Of a stretch of 64,000 nucleotides of DNA, positions 8,207 to 16,869 are shown piece by piece. The notes beneath the pieces were generated by a model that searched no databases, was not told where the DNA came from, and was given only the letters and a program-made list of their open reading frames with translations. This stretch comes from a virus. Taxonomy: Duplodnaviria > Caudoviricetes. The DNA is taken from the IMG/VR virus record IMGVR_UViG_3300020190_000004; one strand, written 5' to 3'. Both the position numbers and the translations under genes were made by a program. Numbering within the stretch: the first letter of the stretch is position 1; the number at the start of each line of letters is the position of its first letter.

Positions 8207-9091
8207 TGCCAGGTCAGACGGAAAAGGAAGCTTGGCGTCTGTCAGCTTTTGCTTAAACTCCGTCATGATATCTTCCCGCTTATCAGGGAACTTAAAGTCT
8301 CCGCCGTCAATCAGACCACGCAAACTTTCATAGGTCATGATCTCAGAAACCTTGTGACCACCGTTAAAGAGTAGTTCCACTATCTCCTGCGGAACCCGCG
8401 TAATATCTTTGTCAAACGCTCGAAGAAGGTCTGCATTTTTTTTCAGCCCGCGTGCACCTTCAAAGGTTTTGCGTACTTGTACAACTCCCTGATTCATACG
8501 TATCACATATGCCTTGTACTCAGCAGTTTCACCTTTGCCGGTTTGCTTGGTGATCTCGTAAAAGCAATTTCCAATTGCGGCCATCAGCAATATGTTTCTG
8601 TAAGCACCTTTGTACTGTGATTCGCCTGCTCGAAAGTCTGGCGAGTGGTAGATAAACTTACTCCATTCCAGGTCAATCGACATCATTAAATCTACTTGGC
8701 CAATTCCGTTTGCTGAATCCCCGGCAACAGGAACGCCAATGCTTACTTGCTGTAACCCTTTTTGCATTAAGGTGGAATATCCTAAAGACATTAACTTTTC
8801 ATCTAATGCCATCAATGAATTTTCCAAAGAGACTCCTAAGAAACCAGCAATCTTGTCAGCCGAGACCGCGATATCTATATCTCCGGAAGTAGCTTCCGGT
8901 AATTTCTTACCCGCACTTCCAATTACTGCAGCATCATCACCAATTCCTACCAATCCGATTTGAGGAAAAATGTTCTTTACAATCCAATCCACAGTAGGCT
9001 GAACTTGGTTCTGTTGAAAAGGTACAGCATTCTCAATAGAGTTGCCACTTTCAAGAATGAATTGTTCAAACAACTTGACGTACTGCCTCAC
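8204..9091 (-). CDS. Leader-tagged Pol-beta-superfamily nucleotidyltransferase
   Basis: Likely GTG start at 9091 (TAGTG overlap) gives MRQYVKLFEQFILE. Catalytic pattern IGSAG...SGDIDIAV...QVDLM. Confidence 0.65.
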   Translation of the reverse strand: MRQYVKLFEQFILESGNSIENAVPFQQNQVQPTVDWIVKNIFPQIGLVGIGDDAAVIGSAGKKLPEATSGDIDIAVSADKIAGFLGVSLENSLMALDEKLMSLGYSTLMQKGLQQVSIGVPVAGDSANGIGQVDLMMSIDLEWSKFIYHSPDFRAGESQYKGAYRNILLMAAIGNCFYEITKQTGKGETAEYKAYVIRMNQGVVQVRKTFEGARGLKKNADLLRAFDKDITRVPQEIVELLFNGGHKVSEIMTYESLRGLIDGGDFKFPDKREDIMTEFKQKLTDAKLPFPSDLA

Positions 9092-9624
9092 TAGAATCCT
9101 GCCTTTTGTGCCTCTTTGCGGTCTAACCACTTTGCGTTAACTACGTCGTACCAGATGTTTGAATCACTTGACCCAGGAAGAATAAAGTTAGTCCCGTTAG
9201 AACCTCCGCTTGTGTGCGTGTAAGAGTAGTTTAGGTTTGTCCAAATGCATGGTTCAAACTCAAAGTCTGAACCATCTTCAGCGGTAGCTTTTGAAATCTT
9301 TGGAAAGCTTCCGCCGCCAAAGAAGGAAAGATATACCTCTTTGAACCCATACTGCATGATGCCCAATGCATCACCTGTCACAGGCTTAGATACCAATTTG
9401 ATACGGTTACCCGCGTCTTCAATAGCAAAGTCAGTTGGCCAGTCCACGCCTTTATCCTTAAGGAAAGTTGCTAACGCTGGTCCTGCATTTTCCAGGATAT
9501 CAGCCTTAAGCGTAGCCTCGTCTTTGAATTTGTCATCACTAACGTACTTTACGTTTTCGTTAAGGTCAGCAGCTTCATTCACACCTTTGTTGATGTAAGT
9601 TTCAAAAGTTTTTAAGTGTTTCAT
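9091..9624 (-). CDS. Leader-tagged hypothetical protein
   Basis: Starts MKHLKTFETYINKGVNEAADLNE. Confidence 0.8.
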   Translation of the reverse strand: MKHLKTFETYINKGVNEAADLNENVKYVSDDKFKDEATLKADILENAGPALATFLKDKGVDWPTDFAIEDAGNRIKLVSKPVTGDALGIMQYGFKEVYLSFFGGGSFPKISKATAEDGSDFEFEPCIWTNLNYSYTHTSGGSNGTNFILPGSSDSNIWYDVVNAKWLDRKEAQKAGF

Positions 9625-9883
9625 TGTATTTTGTTATTTTGACTATTAAATCAGTGGTGCCGGGTATCACGCGATGGATAACGCCGGCAGGTATTTTAAT
9701 CACTGTATATATCTTTTCTGGTAGTTGGTTATCAAACTGAAATTGCCAATCATTTTCGTTAAGAGGTTCAACGATTCTGTCCTCTTCATCCCAATGCCAT
9801 TTATATTCTGACCAGTCAGTATTTACAAAAAAAGTCCGTATGACTACGGACTCATTGATTTTTTCTTCTTTATAAGGTTTCAT
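9602..9883 (-). CDS. Cupin-like small protein
   Basis: Start MKPYKEEKINE at 9883 (TAATG overlap); KWHWDEEDR...IPAGVIHRVIPG is a cupin-type His pattern. Confidence 0.55.
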   Translation of the reverse strand: MKPYKEEKINESVVIRTFFVNTDWSEYKWHWDEEDRIVEPLNENDWQFQFDNQLPEKIYTVIKIPAGVIHRVIPGTTDLIVKITKYNETLKNF

Positions 9884-10050
9884 TAAGCTTTGTCTACGAT
9901 TGACCAAATTGTACCAGTTAATGTGATAACACCACCGATGATTTCAGTCACAGTTGTTTCGTCAGTTAAGCCTTTCATTACCACGATACCACCTACGAAT
10001 GTAAGAGTATGACGGATGATACCTAGAATCTGTTCTTTTGTTAGTTTCAT
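9883..10050 (-). CDS. Two-TM small membrane protein, holin-like (55 aa, not in ORF track)
   Basis: MKLTKEQILGIIRHTLTFVGGIVVMKGLTDETTVTEIIGGVITLTGTIWSIVDKA; GATATATA motif 22 nt upstream. Confidence 0.7.
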   Translation of the reverse strand: MKLTKEQILGIIRHTLTFVGGIVVMKGLTDETTVTEIIGGVITLTGTIWSIVDKA

Positions 10051-10072
10051 TTTTTCTATTTTATTTTTTTTG

Positions 10073-10080
10073 TATATATC
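10073..10080 (-). promoter_or_regulatory. Putative late promoter GATATATA
   Basis: Exact motif 22 nt upstream of the ATG at 10050, overlapping the upstream TAG. Confidence 0.6.
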
Positions 10081-10619
10081 TACCAGGGTGCATCGGACTG
10101 AAGTCCTAACTGCTTATTAAAGAGCGTGCTGGCGTAACAAGCCCAGAACCCCGCGGTAGTAGGGTCCATCTTTTTTTGTAAATCGCACTGTTGGCGTGCC
10201 CAGAAAGATGCAGAAGCCACAGGATCGTCATTCTTGATGGAAAGACCCGTGGTGTCTCCCCATTGAATTTGCATTGCCAAGATATTTCCATCTTCATCTT
10301 CTTTCCCGCTGTTGTGATACACCGTAAACTTTTTATCTCCACCACGAAATGGTGTGTCGAGTTCTACGTCAATCATTTTGCCGTCAGGTGTTTCAAACTT
10401 TGCCTTTTTACCCACTTCCAGATTCTTGGCCATCCAAGCAGCTTTATCGGAGAGTATGATGTTATCTTCGTCCCAGTATTTCTTTGTCTCTTCAAAAAGA
10501 TCTTTATAGGCTTGACTGCCTAAACGGTAGACAGAATTGGTTATGTCCAACCCATTTTCCATGTGGTAGCGGAATCCTTCGGAGACCTGGAAGTCTTCAA
10601 ATGTCTTTACGTATTTCAT
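10080..10619 (-). CDS. Leader-tagged conserved phage protein
   Basis: Starts MKYVKTFEDFQVSEGF; C-terminal KKFTVY..WGDTTGLSIK..SFWARQQC..AGFWAC Cys-containing module. Confidence 0.75.
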   Translation of the reverse strand: MKYVKTFEDFQVSEGFRYHMENGLDITNSVYRLGSQAYKDLFEETKKYWDEDNIILSDKAAWMAKNLEVGKKAKFETPDGKMIDVELDTPFRGGDKKFTVYHNSGKEDEDGNILAMQIQWGDTTGLSIKNDDPVASASFWARQQCDLQKKMDPTTAGFWACYASTLFNKQLGLQSDAPW

Positions 10620-11320
10620 ATCTTAATGCTAAAATGTTCTTTAACTGCTTCTTCAATTCCTAATGCATAGGACCAGATATCTTCGGAAATCTTTTTTTCG
10701 CCAGCTTTATTGAAAGTAATCAGCGGCCAGTAAATAGTATTTTTTGTGATAGCTGCACTCGGGAAAGTCATTTCATAGTACTGTCCGCCCTTTTCACCAA
10801 ACGCATGAACTACTAAGCACTCTCCATAGTACTTACCTATTTCATCTTTTTGCATACAGATACCACCAATGGCTTTTCCTCCAGTTTCTTCTGACCATCT
10901 TGCTGCATTACCAAAGCACTGATTCCTTGTACCACCTGCTTCAATCCATTCTGCTTCAACACTCTTAACCAGTTCATCTAAAATTGCTACAATTACTGCT
11001 TGAATACTGATGAAATTTGAAGATGATATCTTGCCTTCTGCGTCAACTGTGAAATCTTTGAACCATCCTGGTCTTTTAGCCGGATCTTGAGCATTCCAGT
11101 GATTTGCAGATTCTTCAGCGTTCGTCAGAGCCGTTTTTCCCGCAGCTGTGTTTTTCCACTTGCCTGACTTTAGCATTGAGAGCGTTTTTGATCTTATTGA
11201 TGAATCACCCTTTGATGCATAAAATACATTGCCACCTAAGCCTGTGCTATAGACAGTTTCATTCAGATACTGAAATCCTTCAGAGACTTGAAAGTCTTCA
11301 AATGTTTTGACGTATTTCAT
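10572..11320 (-). repeat. Pair of 48-nt repeats encoding the identical peptide MKYVKTFEDFQVSEGF (10572-10619, 11273-11320)
   Basis: 42 of 48 nt identical; all 6 differences are synonymous. Confidence 0.9.
10616..11320 (-). CDS. Leader-tagged protein with a possible papain/transglutaminase-like C-terminal domain
   Basis: Starts MKYVKTFEDFQVSEGFQYLNE; NQCFGNA...VVHAF...QYYEMT gives Cys-His-Glu spacing. Confidence 0.45.
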   Translation of the reverse strand: MKYVKTFEDFQVSEGFQYLNETVYSTGLGGNVFYASKGDSSIRSKTLSMLKSGKWKNTAAGKTALTNAEESANHWNAQDPAKRPGWFKDFTVDAEGKISSSNFISIQAVIVAILDELVKSVEAEWIEAGGTRNQCFGNAARWSEETGGKAIGGICMQKDEIGKYYGECLVVHAFGEKGGQYYEMTFPSAAITKNTIYWPLITFNKAGEKKISEDIWSYALGIEEAVKEHFSIKI

Positions 11321-11742
11321 TTGAACATACTTTTATTGTAGATAACTAATCCTAAGTAAGGATTGTTATTTTTACCTTCTGTTGGATCATAAACGCCATC
11401 AGCCTTCTTTTCTTTTGCCATTTGCATAATTTTTTGCCCACCATATTTTTGCGCGTCGGGGACTAATAAAATTTTAGCATCATTAGAAAGTTCATATTCA
11501 TCCGAACCAGCATAATAATCATCAGATTCATAATGGGCCGAACTGTCTGCAGTAACTGAAAAGTAGCTTCCTTTCCCTAAGACCGAACCCATAGTATCCA
11601 TATCTTCATCTCCGCTTTCATACTCAAAAAAAGCCTTTTCTAACTTACCAGAATCCGTAGTTAGGTATTTCTTTTTGAATTCAGCACCTGTAATTAGTTC
11701 TGATTCATTCATAAAACTTTCGTATGTCTTTACGTATTTCAT
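11317..11742 (-). CDS. Leader-tagged ADP-ribosyltransferase-like (ART-PolyVal-like) protein
   Basis: Starts MKYVKTYESFMNE; LGKGSYFS..SAHY..YELSNDAKIL..KKADGVY..LVIYN pattern. Confidence 0.4.
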   Translation of the reverse strand: MKYVKTYESFMNESELITGAEFKKKYLTTDSGKLEKAFFEYESGDEDMDTMGSVLGKGSYFSVTADSSAHYESDDYYAGSDEYELSNDAKILLVPDAQKYGGQKIMQMAKEKKADGVYDPTEGKNNNPYLGLVIYNKSMFK

Positions 11743-11748
11743 TCTAAT

Positions 11749-12117
11749 TTATTTATTCATCTCTTGAGTCTTCTTCTTTAACTCTTCGAGAAAGTTTGTC
11801 CATATCACATTAGCAGCTTTCAGGTTTTTCTTCTTTTCCGGGTCCTTGGTCCTTTCAATAGCAACCTTTCCACGCTGCTGCATCACCAAGGCAGCTTGCA
11901 CCTTGTGCGCATGCTCTCGGTCAATGCCTTTAATAATCTCAATGCCTTTTTCCGCCGTCTCAGCGTCTTTGAAGCCCAAGCCATGAATTGTGCCTTCTGG
12001 ATCCTCGTCAGTGTACAAATCCGAGTGCTTGCTTGAACCGGCTGGTTGACCTGGTTTTCTAGGGGTTCTTTTATCAGCTTCCGCAATCCAAGATTCGTAT
12101 GTCTTTACGTATTTCAT
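11749..12117 (-). CDS. Leader-tagged conserved viral protein
   Basis: Starts MKYVKTYESWIAE; body HSDLYTDEDPEGTIHGLGFKD..HAHKVQAALVMQQR. Confidence 0.75.
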   Translation of the reverse strand: MKYVKTYESWIAEADKRTPRKPGQPAGSSKHSDLYTDEDPEGTIHGLGFKDAETAEKGIEIIKGIDREHAHKVQAALVMQQRGKVAIERTKDPEKKKNLKAANVIWTNFLEELKKKTQEMNK

Positions 12118-12154
12118 TTTTGGTTAGCGCGCTTTGTATTTTTTGTCATTCACT

Positions 12155-12658
12155 TTAAGAAAGCAATTTAATAGCTTTCGGTGGTATCTTGCCCAGATAT
12201 ACAATTTCATCCGATTGCTTGTAGTAATCATCTCTTGATATCTTTTTATCAGCTTTTACATCAATCATTAGTTTAGGTGGTATCTCAATTCCTATTGAAA
12301 ATAAATTGGGATCTAGTTGTGTACCGTCTATCTGCAACAATACTCCATCATACTCGTATCTACGCGGTAAGTAATGAAAACTCACAATATCTGATACATT
12401 GTCCAAAGATGACAGCCAAACTCCTTCGAACAATTCACCTTTCAATCCTCCTCCGTGAGTACCAGCTTTTGGGCGAGAGGGTATCAATCCTTCCTTTTCT
12501 ACCTTATCATAGTAAGCTTGACGCATCACTAAATGGTATAAAGGCTGTTTTGTGTTAAAAGGTTCATCAGATTGGATAGATTGCAAATAATCTAACCCAA
12601 CTCGCATATCTTTATTGCCTTCATCCAAGAAGCTCTCGTATGTCTTTACCCACTTCAT
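12155..12658 (-). CDS. Leader-tagged ART-fold (Tpt1/KptA-like NAD-binding) protein
   Basis: Starts MKWVKTYESFLDE; LYHL..EGLIP..GVWLS..VLLQID..DEIVYLGKIPPKAI follows the H-S-E type ART strand order. Confidence 0.55.
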   Translation of the reverse strand: MKWVKTYESFLDEGNKDMRVGLDYLQSIQSDEPFNTKQPLYHLVMRQAYYDKVEKEGLIPSRPKAGTHGGGLKGELFEGVWLSSLDNVSDIVSFHYLPRRYEYDGVLLQIDGTQLDPNLFSIGIEIPPKLMIDVKADKKISRDDYYKQSDEIVYLGKIPPKAIKLLS

Positions 12659-12951
12659 CTCTTGCTGATCTTGTTACTTGAAATGGCTCTTTGCCTGCTA
12701 CACTTAAACCTGGCTATCTCTTCGTCTCTCTTGTGTAGGTGTTTCTGACTTACACCGCTGTTAACACGCTCCCTCCAAAGATTAAAACTTTTTCTCTTTA
12801 ATTCAGCACGCATCAACTTAATAGTTTCAGATTCGCTGAGACCAAACTGAGCCTTGATTGCCTCAAAAGGTGTTCTGTCCTCCCACGCCATTTCTATGAT
12901 GCGATCTACATTCTCACTTGATATGCTCTTGTATGTCTTTACGCATTTCAT
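12655..12951 (-). CDS. DUF2805/TIGR03643-family protein with a degenerate leader
   Basis: VDRIIEMAWEDRTPFEAIKAQFGLSESETIKLMRAELKRKSFNLWRERV is the family signature (recall); starts MKCVKTYKSISSE. Confidence 0.8.
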   Translation of the reverse strand: MKCVKTYKSISSENVDRIIEMAWEDRTPFEAIKAQFGLSESETIKLMRAELKRKSFNLWRERVNSGVSQKHLHKRDEEIARFKCSRQRAISSNKISKR

Positions 12952-13253
12952 TAGTCTTGCTTATCTTGTTGATATTGCCAAAGTTCTTCATAAGAAGTCA
13001 TCCATCCGTTTTCTTTGGCAATTCTTTCAGTATTACTGTTTGCTTGCAATAGAAAAGAAATTACTGCATCAAAAGCTTTTTTGAAGTCAGCTTCTTTAAC
13101 GCGATCCCAATAACCAACACCTATGTAGTCTTTAATCACATAGAATGGATATGCCGGGTCTTTTACGCTTTTGGTTCTGCGAGTTTGCAAATGAACAGAC
13201 TTTGGATCCGCATTTTCATTCAAAAAACTCTCGTATGTCTTTACGTAATTCAT
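12951..13253 (-). CDS. Leader-tagged hypothetical protein
   Basis: Starts MNYVKTYESFLNE. Confidence 0.8.
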   Translation of the reverse strand: MNYVKTYESFLNENADPKSVHLQTRRTKSVKDPAYPFYVIKDYIGVGYWDRVKEADFKKAFDAVISFLLQANSNTERIAKENGWMTSYEELWQYQQDKQD

Positions 13254-13258
13254 ATTTC

Positions 13259-14029
13259 TTAAAATTCATTCCAAAATTTAGCTATACGGTCATACACACG
13301 TTTTTGGTCTTCTTTAGATATCATTTTTAACCATGTCCATTCTTCTGGATAGATTTCATTCAATATAAAGTAAATGAAATCGTTGAGGTTATCAAAATGT
13401 TTTGTAGGGTCGCCGTAATCATTGTAAACTCGATTTAGCGCGGTATTTAGGTGTGTATTGATTTCAGCATTTAGTTGGTGATACTTTTCTTGCGGCAATT
13501 TTCCGTTTTCGTCAGCAAACTTTTTAACAAAATCGTCCAGTTGTCGATTCATAGCCTCGCGGTATTTATCGCCATACTCAGTTGCATCAAATAAGTGATG
13601 TACTTCATGATTGATGGCTCTTACAAATTCTCCGCTCCAGATTCTTTCTGGTGCTTTCATCATAGTCTCAATCAAATCTTGCAATTCCTTTACATAGTCT
13701 TTGTCAAAATCTCCGTCGTTGTAAGCAAGCTCAACAAGATTGTATCGGTACTTTGGTTTTCTAAAGTAATGAGCAAGTCCTAACGTTATGTCCAGTGTAT
13801 CATAATTTATTGATGCCGCGTCATGCCTATCTGGATCTATGGTAACATTAAATTCAACGCCGTCTATCGAAAATATGTAGTCGTCCTCAAATTTAACCAG
13901 CTGTGCTGCAATAGCAGCTGCTTTGCTTTTTAGCGTTGATAAAACTTTGTCAACCATTTTGTTCGCTTTATCAAACCTCTGAACAAAACTTTCATTCAAG
14001 AAGCTCTCGTATGTCTTTACCCACTTCAT
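13259..14029 (-). CDS. Leader-tagged putative zincin metallopeptidase-like protein
   Basis: Starts MKWVKTYESFLNE; contains INHEVHHLFD (HExxH). Confidence 0.5.
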   Translation of the reverse strand: MKWVKTYESFLNESFVQRFDKANKMVDKVLSTLKSKAAAIAAQLVKFEDDYIFSIDGVEFNVTIDPDRHDAASINYDTLDITLGLAHYFRKPKYRYNLVELAYNDGDFDKDYVKELQDLIETMMKAPERIWSGEFVRAINHEVHHLFDATEYGDKYREAMNRQLDDFVKKFADENGKLPQEKYHQLNAEINTHLNTALNRVYNDYGDPTKHFDNLNDFIYFILNEIYPEEWTWLKMISKEDQKRVYDRIAKFWNEF

Positions 14030-14703
14030 AATTGTATAAATCTTCCAGGAGAGTCACTGCTTAACTTTCCGTTCTTTATGACAAACCGGTCTTTTTGTAT
14101 CTCAGCAGTCCAGTCGCCAGGAAGCCTGTGTCCTTGTTTCTTTATATATTCCAGGTAGAGTCTTCCACGCTTTGACTGCGCAACAGGAACTCCTTCTTCA
14201 ATGTCTTCCAATTTAGGTGCTATGTGTATCTCTTCCAGTTTTACCCATTTCCACTCGGATATATCTTTGACCGTGCTGGCAATAATATCTGTCACTGTGG
14301 AAATTACACGAAACTGTTCACCGTAATTAGTAATGGCTTCTCGATCCGTACCAATTTTACTATTTACAGTATCAAAGGCTATACCTATCACCAAGTTGTA
14401 ATCTTGTGGTGTTCGACCGGGACGTTTACCCCCAAAACTAATGTGTATATAGCGTGTAAACTCACCAACGATCTTTACTACGTATGTAGCCTTATCACTC
14501 TTAAACTCATAAGTAATCTCCGGTAGTTTATCCCATTTGCCTGGAACCATTTCACCCTTGTCTAGGTTGGATATCGTAGTCATCCAACCACGATCTACAG
14601 ACACAGAACCAGTGCGTTTCCAAGGAAACGGTGATGTGCCTTCGCCAATCTCGTTAAGCTGCTGTTCCAGTAAAAAGTATTCAAATGTGTTTAAGTGCTT
14701 CAT
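14026..14703 (-). CDS. Leader-tagged hypothetical protein
   Basis: True start inferred at MKHLNTFEYFLLEQQLNE (14703). Confidence 0.75.
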   Translation of the reverse strand: MKHLNTFEYFLLEQQLNEIGEGTSPFPWKRTGSVSVDRGWMTTISNLDKGEMVPGKWDKLPEITYEFKSDKATYVVKIVGEFTRYIHISFGGKRPGRTPQDYNLVIGIAFDTVNSKIGTDREAITNYGEQFRVISTVTDIIASTVKDISEWKWVKLEEIHIAPKLEDIEEGVPVAQSKRGRLYLEYIKKQGHRLPGDWTAEIQKDRFVIKNGKLSSDSPGRFIQL

Positions 14704-14704
14704 C

Positions 14705-15106
14705 TTAATCCATAGAATCCGAAAGTCTCCACAAATCATGTAAGAACAAATCCGCGTCTTTCATGTTTTTAATCTCTGGAAACTCTTGTTTTGCTTTCTT
14801 AATAAATTCTTCCACGGTTTTGGATTCTTGACGAAGAATGTCCAATTCGCTCATGTAACCTTCAAATAAGTAACTTTCAAAAGACTCTGTAATCGCACCA
14901 AATTCGTTGAACATATTCAAGTTAATCATTACAGGACTACCGCTTTTAGGTTTTGCGGTAATCGTAGTCTTATTGTTTGCGGTAACAGTCATTCGTGTGC
15001 CGCGGTATACAATCTCTGAATCTACGGGAATCTTCTCAAAGTCTTCCAGTGTCATCTTTTGTCCATAGTTCTTTATGAATCCTTCAAATGTTTGTAAGTG
15101 TTTCAT
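14705..15106 (-). CDS. Leader-tagged protein with a second, internal leader-like motif
   Basis: Starts MKHLQTFEGFIK; internal ITESFESYLFEG. Confidence 0.75.
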   Translation of the reverse strand: MKHLQTFEGFIKNYGQKMTLEDFEKIPVDSEIVYRGTRMTVTANNKTTITAKPKSGSPVMINLNMFNEFGAITESFESYLFEGYMSELDILRQESKTVEEFIKKAKQEFPEIKNMKDADLFLHDLWRLSDSMD

Positions 15107-15702
15107 TACTTGATGTATTTTGTTAGTTCACTCCAGTATTTCCACAATTCTTTGGGCATCATTTGCTGAAATGCTTTTTCGTCTCCAGCTTTAATAGCCT
15201 CTCGAACTTTAGTACCACTTGCACCGTCAGCATCACGAGCATCAACCATTTTAACAGCAAAAGCAGGATCAACGGCGACGTCGGTTTTAGGACTTGTGAC
15301 GTATGCAACTTGACGAGTATAGTCAGTAAAACGATCACTTCCACAGCCAAGTCCTTGCGGTTCGTATCCTTGTTCTCGTAAGAATTTAACCATTAGTGGA
15401 ATAACCGTCTTGTCTCCTTTTGGGTATATGAAGTAGTCCGCAATAAACGCATTTGCTTTTACTACATCTGCTCCCATCTTTTGCAAAATATCATCAGGAA
15501 ACGGCGATTCTTCGCGAGCAGAAAGTATCTGTAACGGAATTACAGGCAGTCCAAATTCTTTTGAAGCACGCTCAAGTGCCGCTAAATGCCCGTTATGAAA
15601 AGGCTGAAACCTTCCGGGAAAAAAGATTACTTTCTTCCCGTCTGTGATTTCAGATATGATCGCTTCATACAGAAAACTCTCAAATGTTTTTACGTGGTTC
15701 AT
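15106..15702 (-). CDS. Leader-tagged cytidylyltransferase-like (HIGH superfamily) nucleotidyltransferase
   Basis: Starts MNHVKTFESFLYE; FFPGRFQPFHNGH, GCGSDR, ASGTKVR. Confidence 0.85.
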   Translation of the reverse strand: MNHVKTFESFLYEAIISEITDGKKVIFFPGRFQPFHNGHLAALERASKEFGLPVIPLQILSAREESPFPDDILQKMGADVVKANAFIADYFIYPKGDKTVIPLMVKFLREQGYEPQGLGCGSDRFTDYTRQVAYVTSPKTDVAVDPAFAVKMVDARDADGASGTKVREAIKAGDEKAFQQMMPKELWKYWSELTKYIK

Positions 15703-15710
15703 TGTAGCTA

Positions 15711-16229
15711 TTATTGTTCATTCGTTGTTATTTCTCCTTTAGCTTCTAAAAACACACGTCTTACATTGGCGGGTTGTGCAATTTTCCATGCAGTTCTTCG
15801 CGCCTGATAAAGTCGGCTTTTTGCTATTCTTGAAACACTTACAGAATTGTTTTGGTTTCCACCTAATACATGGTAATACTTATCATCTTCACCGACGTAT
15901 ATTCCTACGTGGCCTCCGCCGTTTCTCTTAAAAGTAAGAATATCTCCTAACATCGGAGTTTCTACGAGATTTCCGTACTTAGCCCAGTTTAGAGCCCATA
16001 GTGGTCTTTCAACCACTTGAACATTCGCAACATAGGCGCAATGAGCAATAAAAAGACCGCACCAAGGAATTTCATCTTCGGTATAAACTTTTTGAATACC
16101 AAGTTCTTTTGCCCACCCCAGTATCGTAGGGTTGTGATTCTTTCCGACTATTTCTTTAACACCAAGATTCTTAACAGCTTCTACAAGTATCTTTGGAGAT
16201 TTCTCATTTTGTAACCATTCGTAAGCCAT
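15711..16229 (-). CDS. TIGR02594-like NlpC/P60/CHAP-type cell-wall peptidase
   Basis: DEIPWCGLF, GGGHVGIY, LGGNQNNSV (Cys/His dyad). No leader tag. Confidence 0.8.
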   Translation of the reverse strand: MAYEWLQNEKSPKILVEAVKNLGVKEIVGKNHNPTILGWAKELGIQKVYTEDEIPWCGLFIAHCAYVANVQVVERPLWALNWAKYGNLVETPMLGDILTFKRNGGGHVGIYVGEDDKYYHVLGGNQNNSVSVSRIAKSRLYQARRTAWKIAQPANVRRVFLEAKGEITTNEQ

Positions 16230-16246
16230 AATCTTTTTTATTTAAT

Positions 16247-16858
16247 TTATGTAGTTATATCAGTTGATTCAATTAGTGTGTAGGAAAACGCGTTGCCGTG
16301 TATCTTAGCGGCCTTGCGACAGATTGCCATGAACGCGTCAAAGTCTTTTACTCTCTTAAATACTTGACACCCTTCACTCCAGTTTTCAACCCAAGTTGAA
16401 TCTTGCCCAGCTTTGTGAATGTTGATTCCAAACATTCCTGTGTCAGTTACGCTTTCGTTAAAAGTTAAGTTTTTGTCAGCATCGCGGTAGACGGTTACGT
16501 TTCCGTTTCGCTGACAGAGCGCGCTGTATTTTCCCTGGTGTAAGTCTATCTTCCACACTCCACGGTACTGTCCTGGCACGAGTCGAGCCACGCCCTTCCT
16601 GTTGTGAAACTGCTGAACGCCTTTTTTACCTGGGTCCGTCGTCGCGTTCCAGCAGTAAAACTGCTCAACGCCTTTTTCGTCCTTGTATGAAATTGTTAAG
16701 CAATCATCAAAGACGTTAGTCACTTTGTCTGCGATTGAAGGAGCGTTGTTACGAACTCCTACGATATTGACATCGTAAGTTTTGTTTGCGGTGTCTTCAA
16801 ACCACTTGTAACCTTTAGCTACCACAGCAGTTTTTATTTGTTCTCTTGTGTAGCACAT
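16247..16858 (-). CDS. Putative peptidoglycan hydrolase (YkuD/L,D-transpeptidase-like His...Cys motif)
   Basis: FGINIHKAG..VENWSEGCQVF. No leader tag. Confidence 0.5.
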   Translation of the reverse strand: MCYTREQIKTAVVAKGYKWFEDTANKTYDVNIVGVRNNAPSIADKVTNVFDDCLTISYKDEKGVEQFYCWNATTDPGKKGVQQFHNRKGVARLVPGQYRGVWKIDLHQGKYSALCQRNGNVTVYRDADKNLTFNESVTDTGMFGINIHKAGQDSTWVENWSEGCQVFKRVKDFDAFMAICRKAAKIHGNAFSYTLIESTDITT

Positions 16859-16869
16859 ATTCTTTGTTT

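Larger units (their letters stand above)
12620..14029 (-). repeat. Pair of 39-nt repeats encoding MKWVKTYESFL[D/N]E (12620-12658, 13991-14029)
   Basis: 38 of 39 nt identical. Related 24-nt cores occur at the starts of 11742, 12117, 12951 and 13253. Confidence 0.9.
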
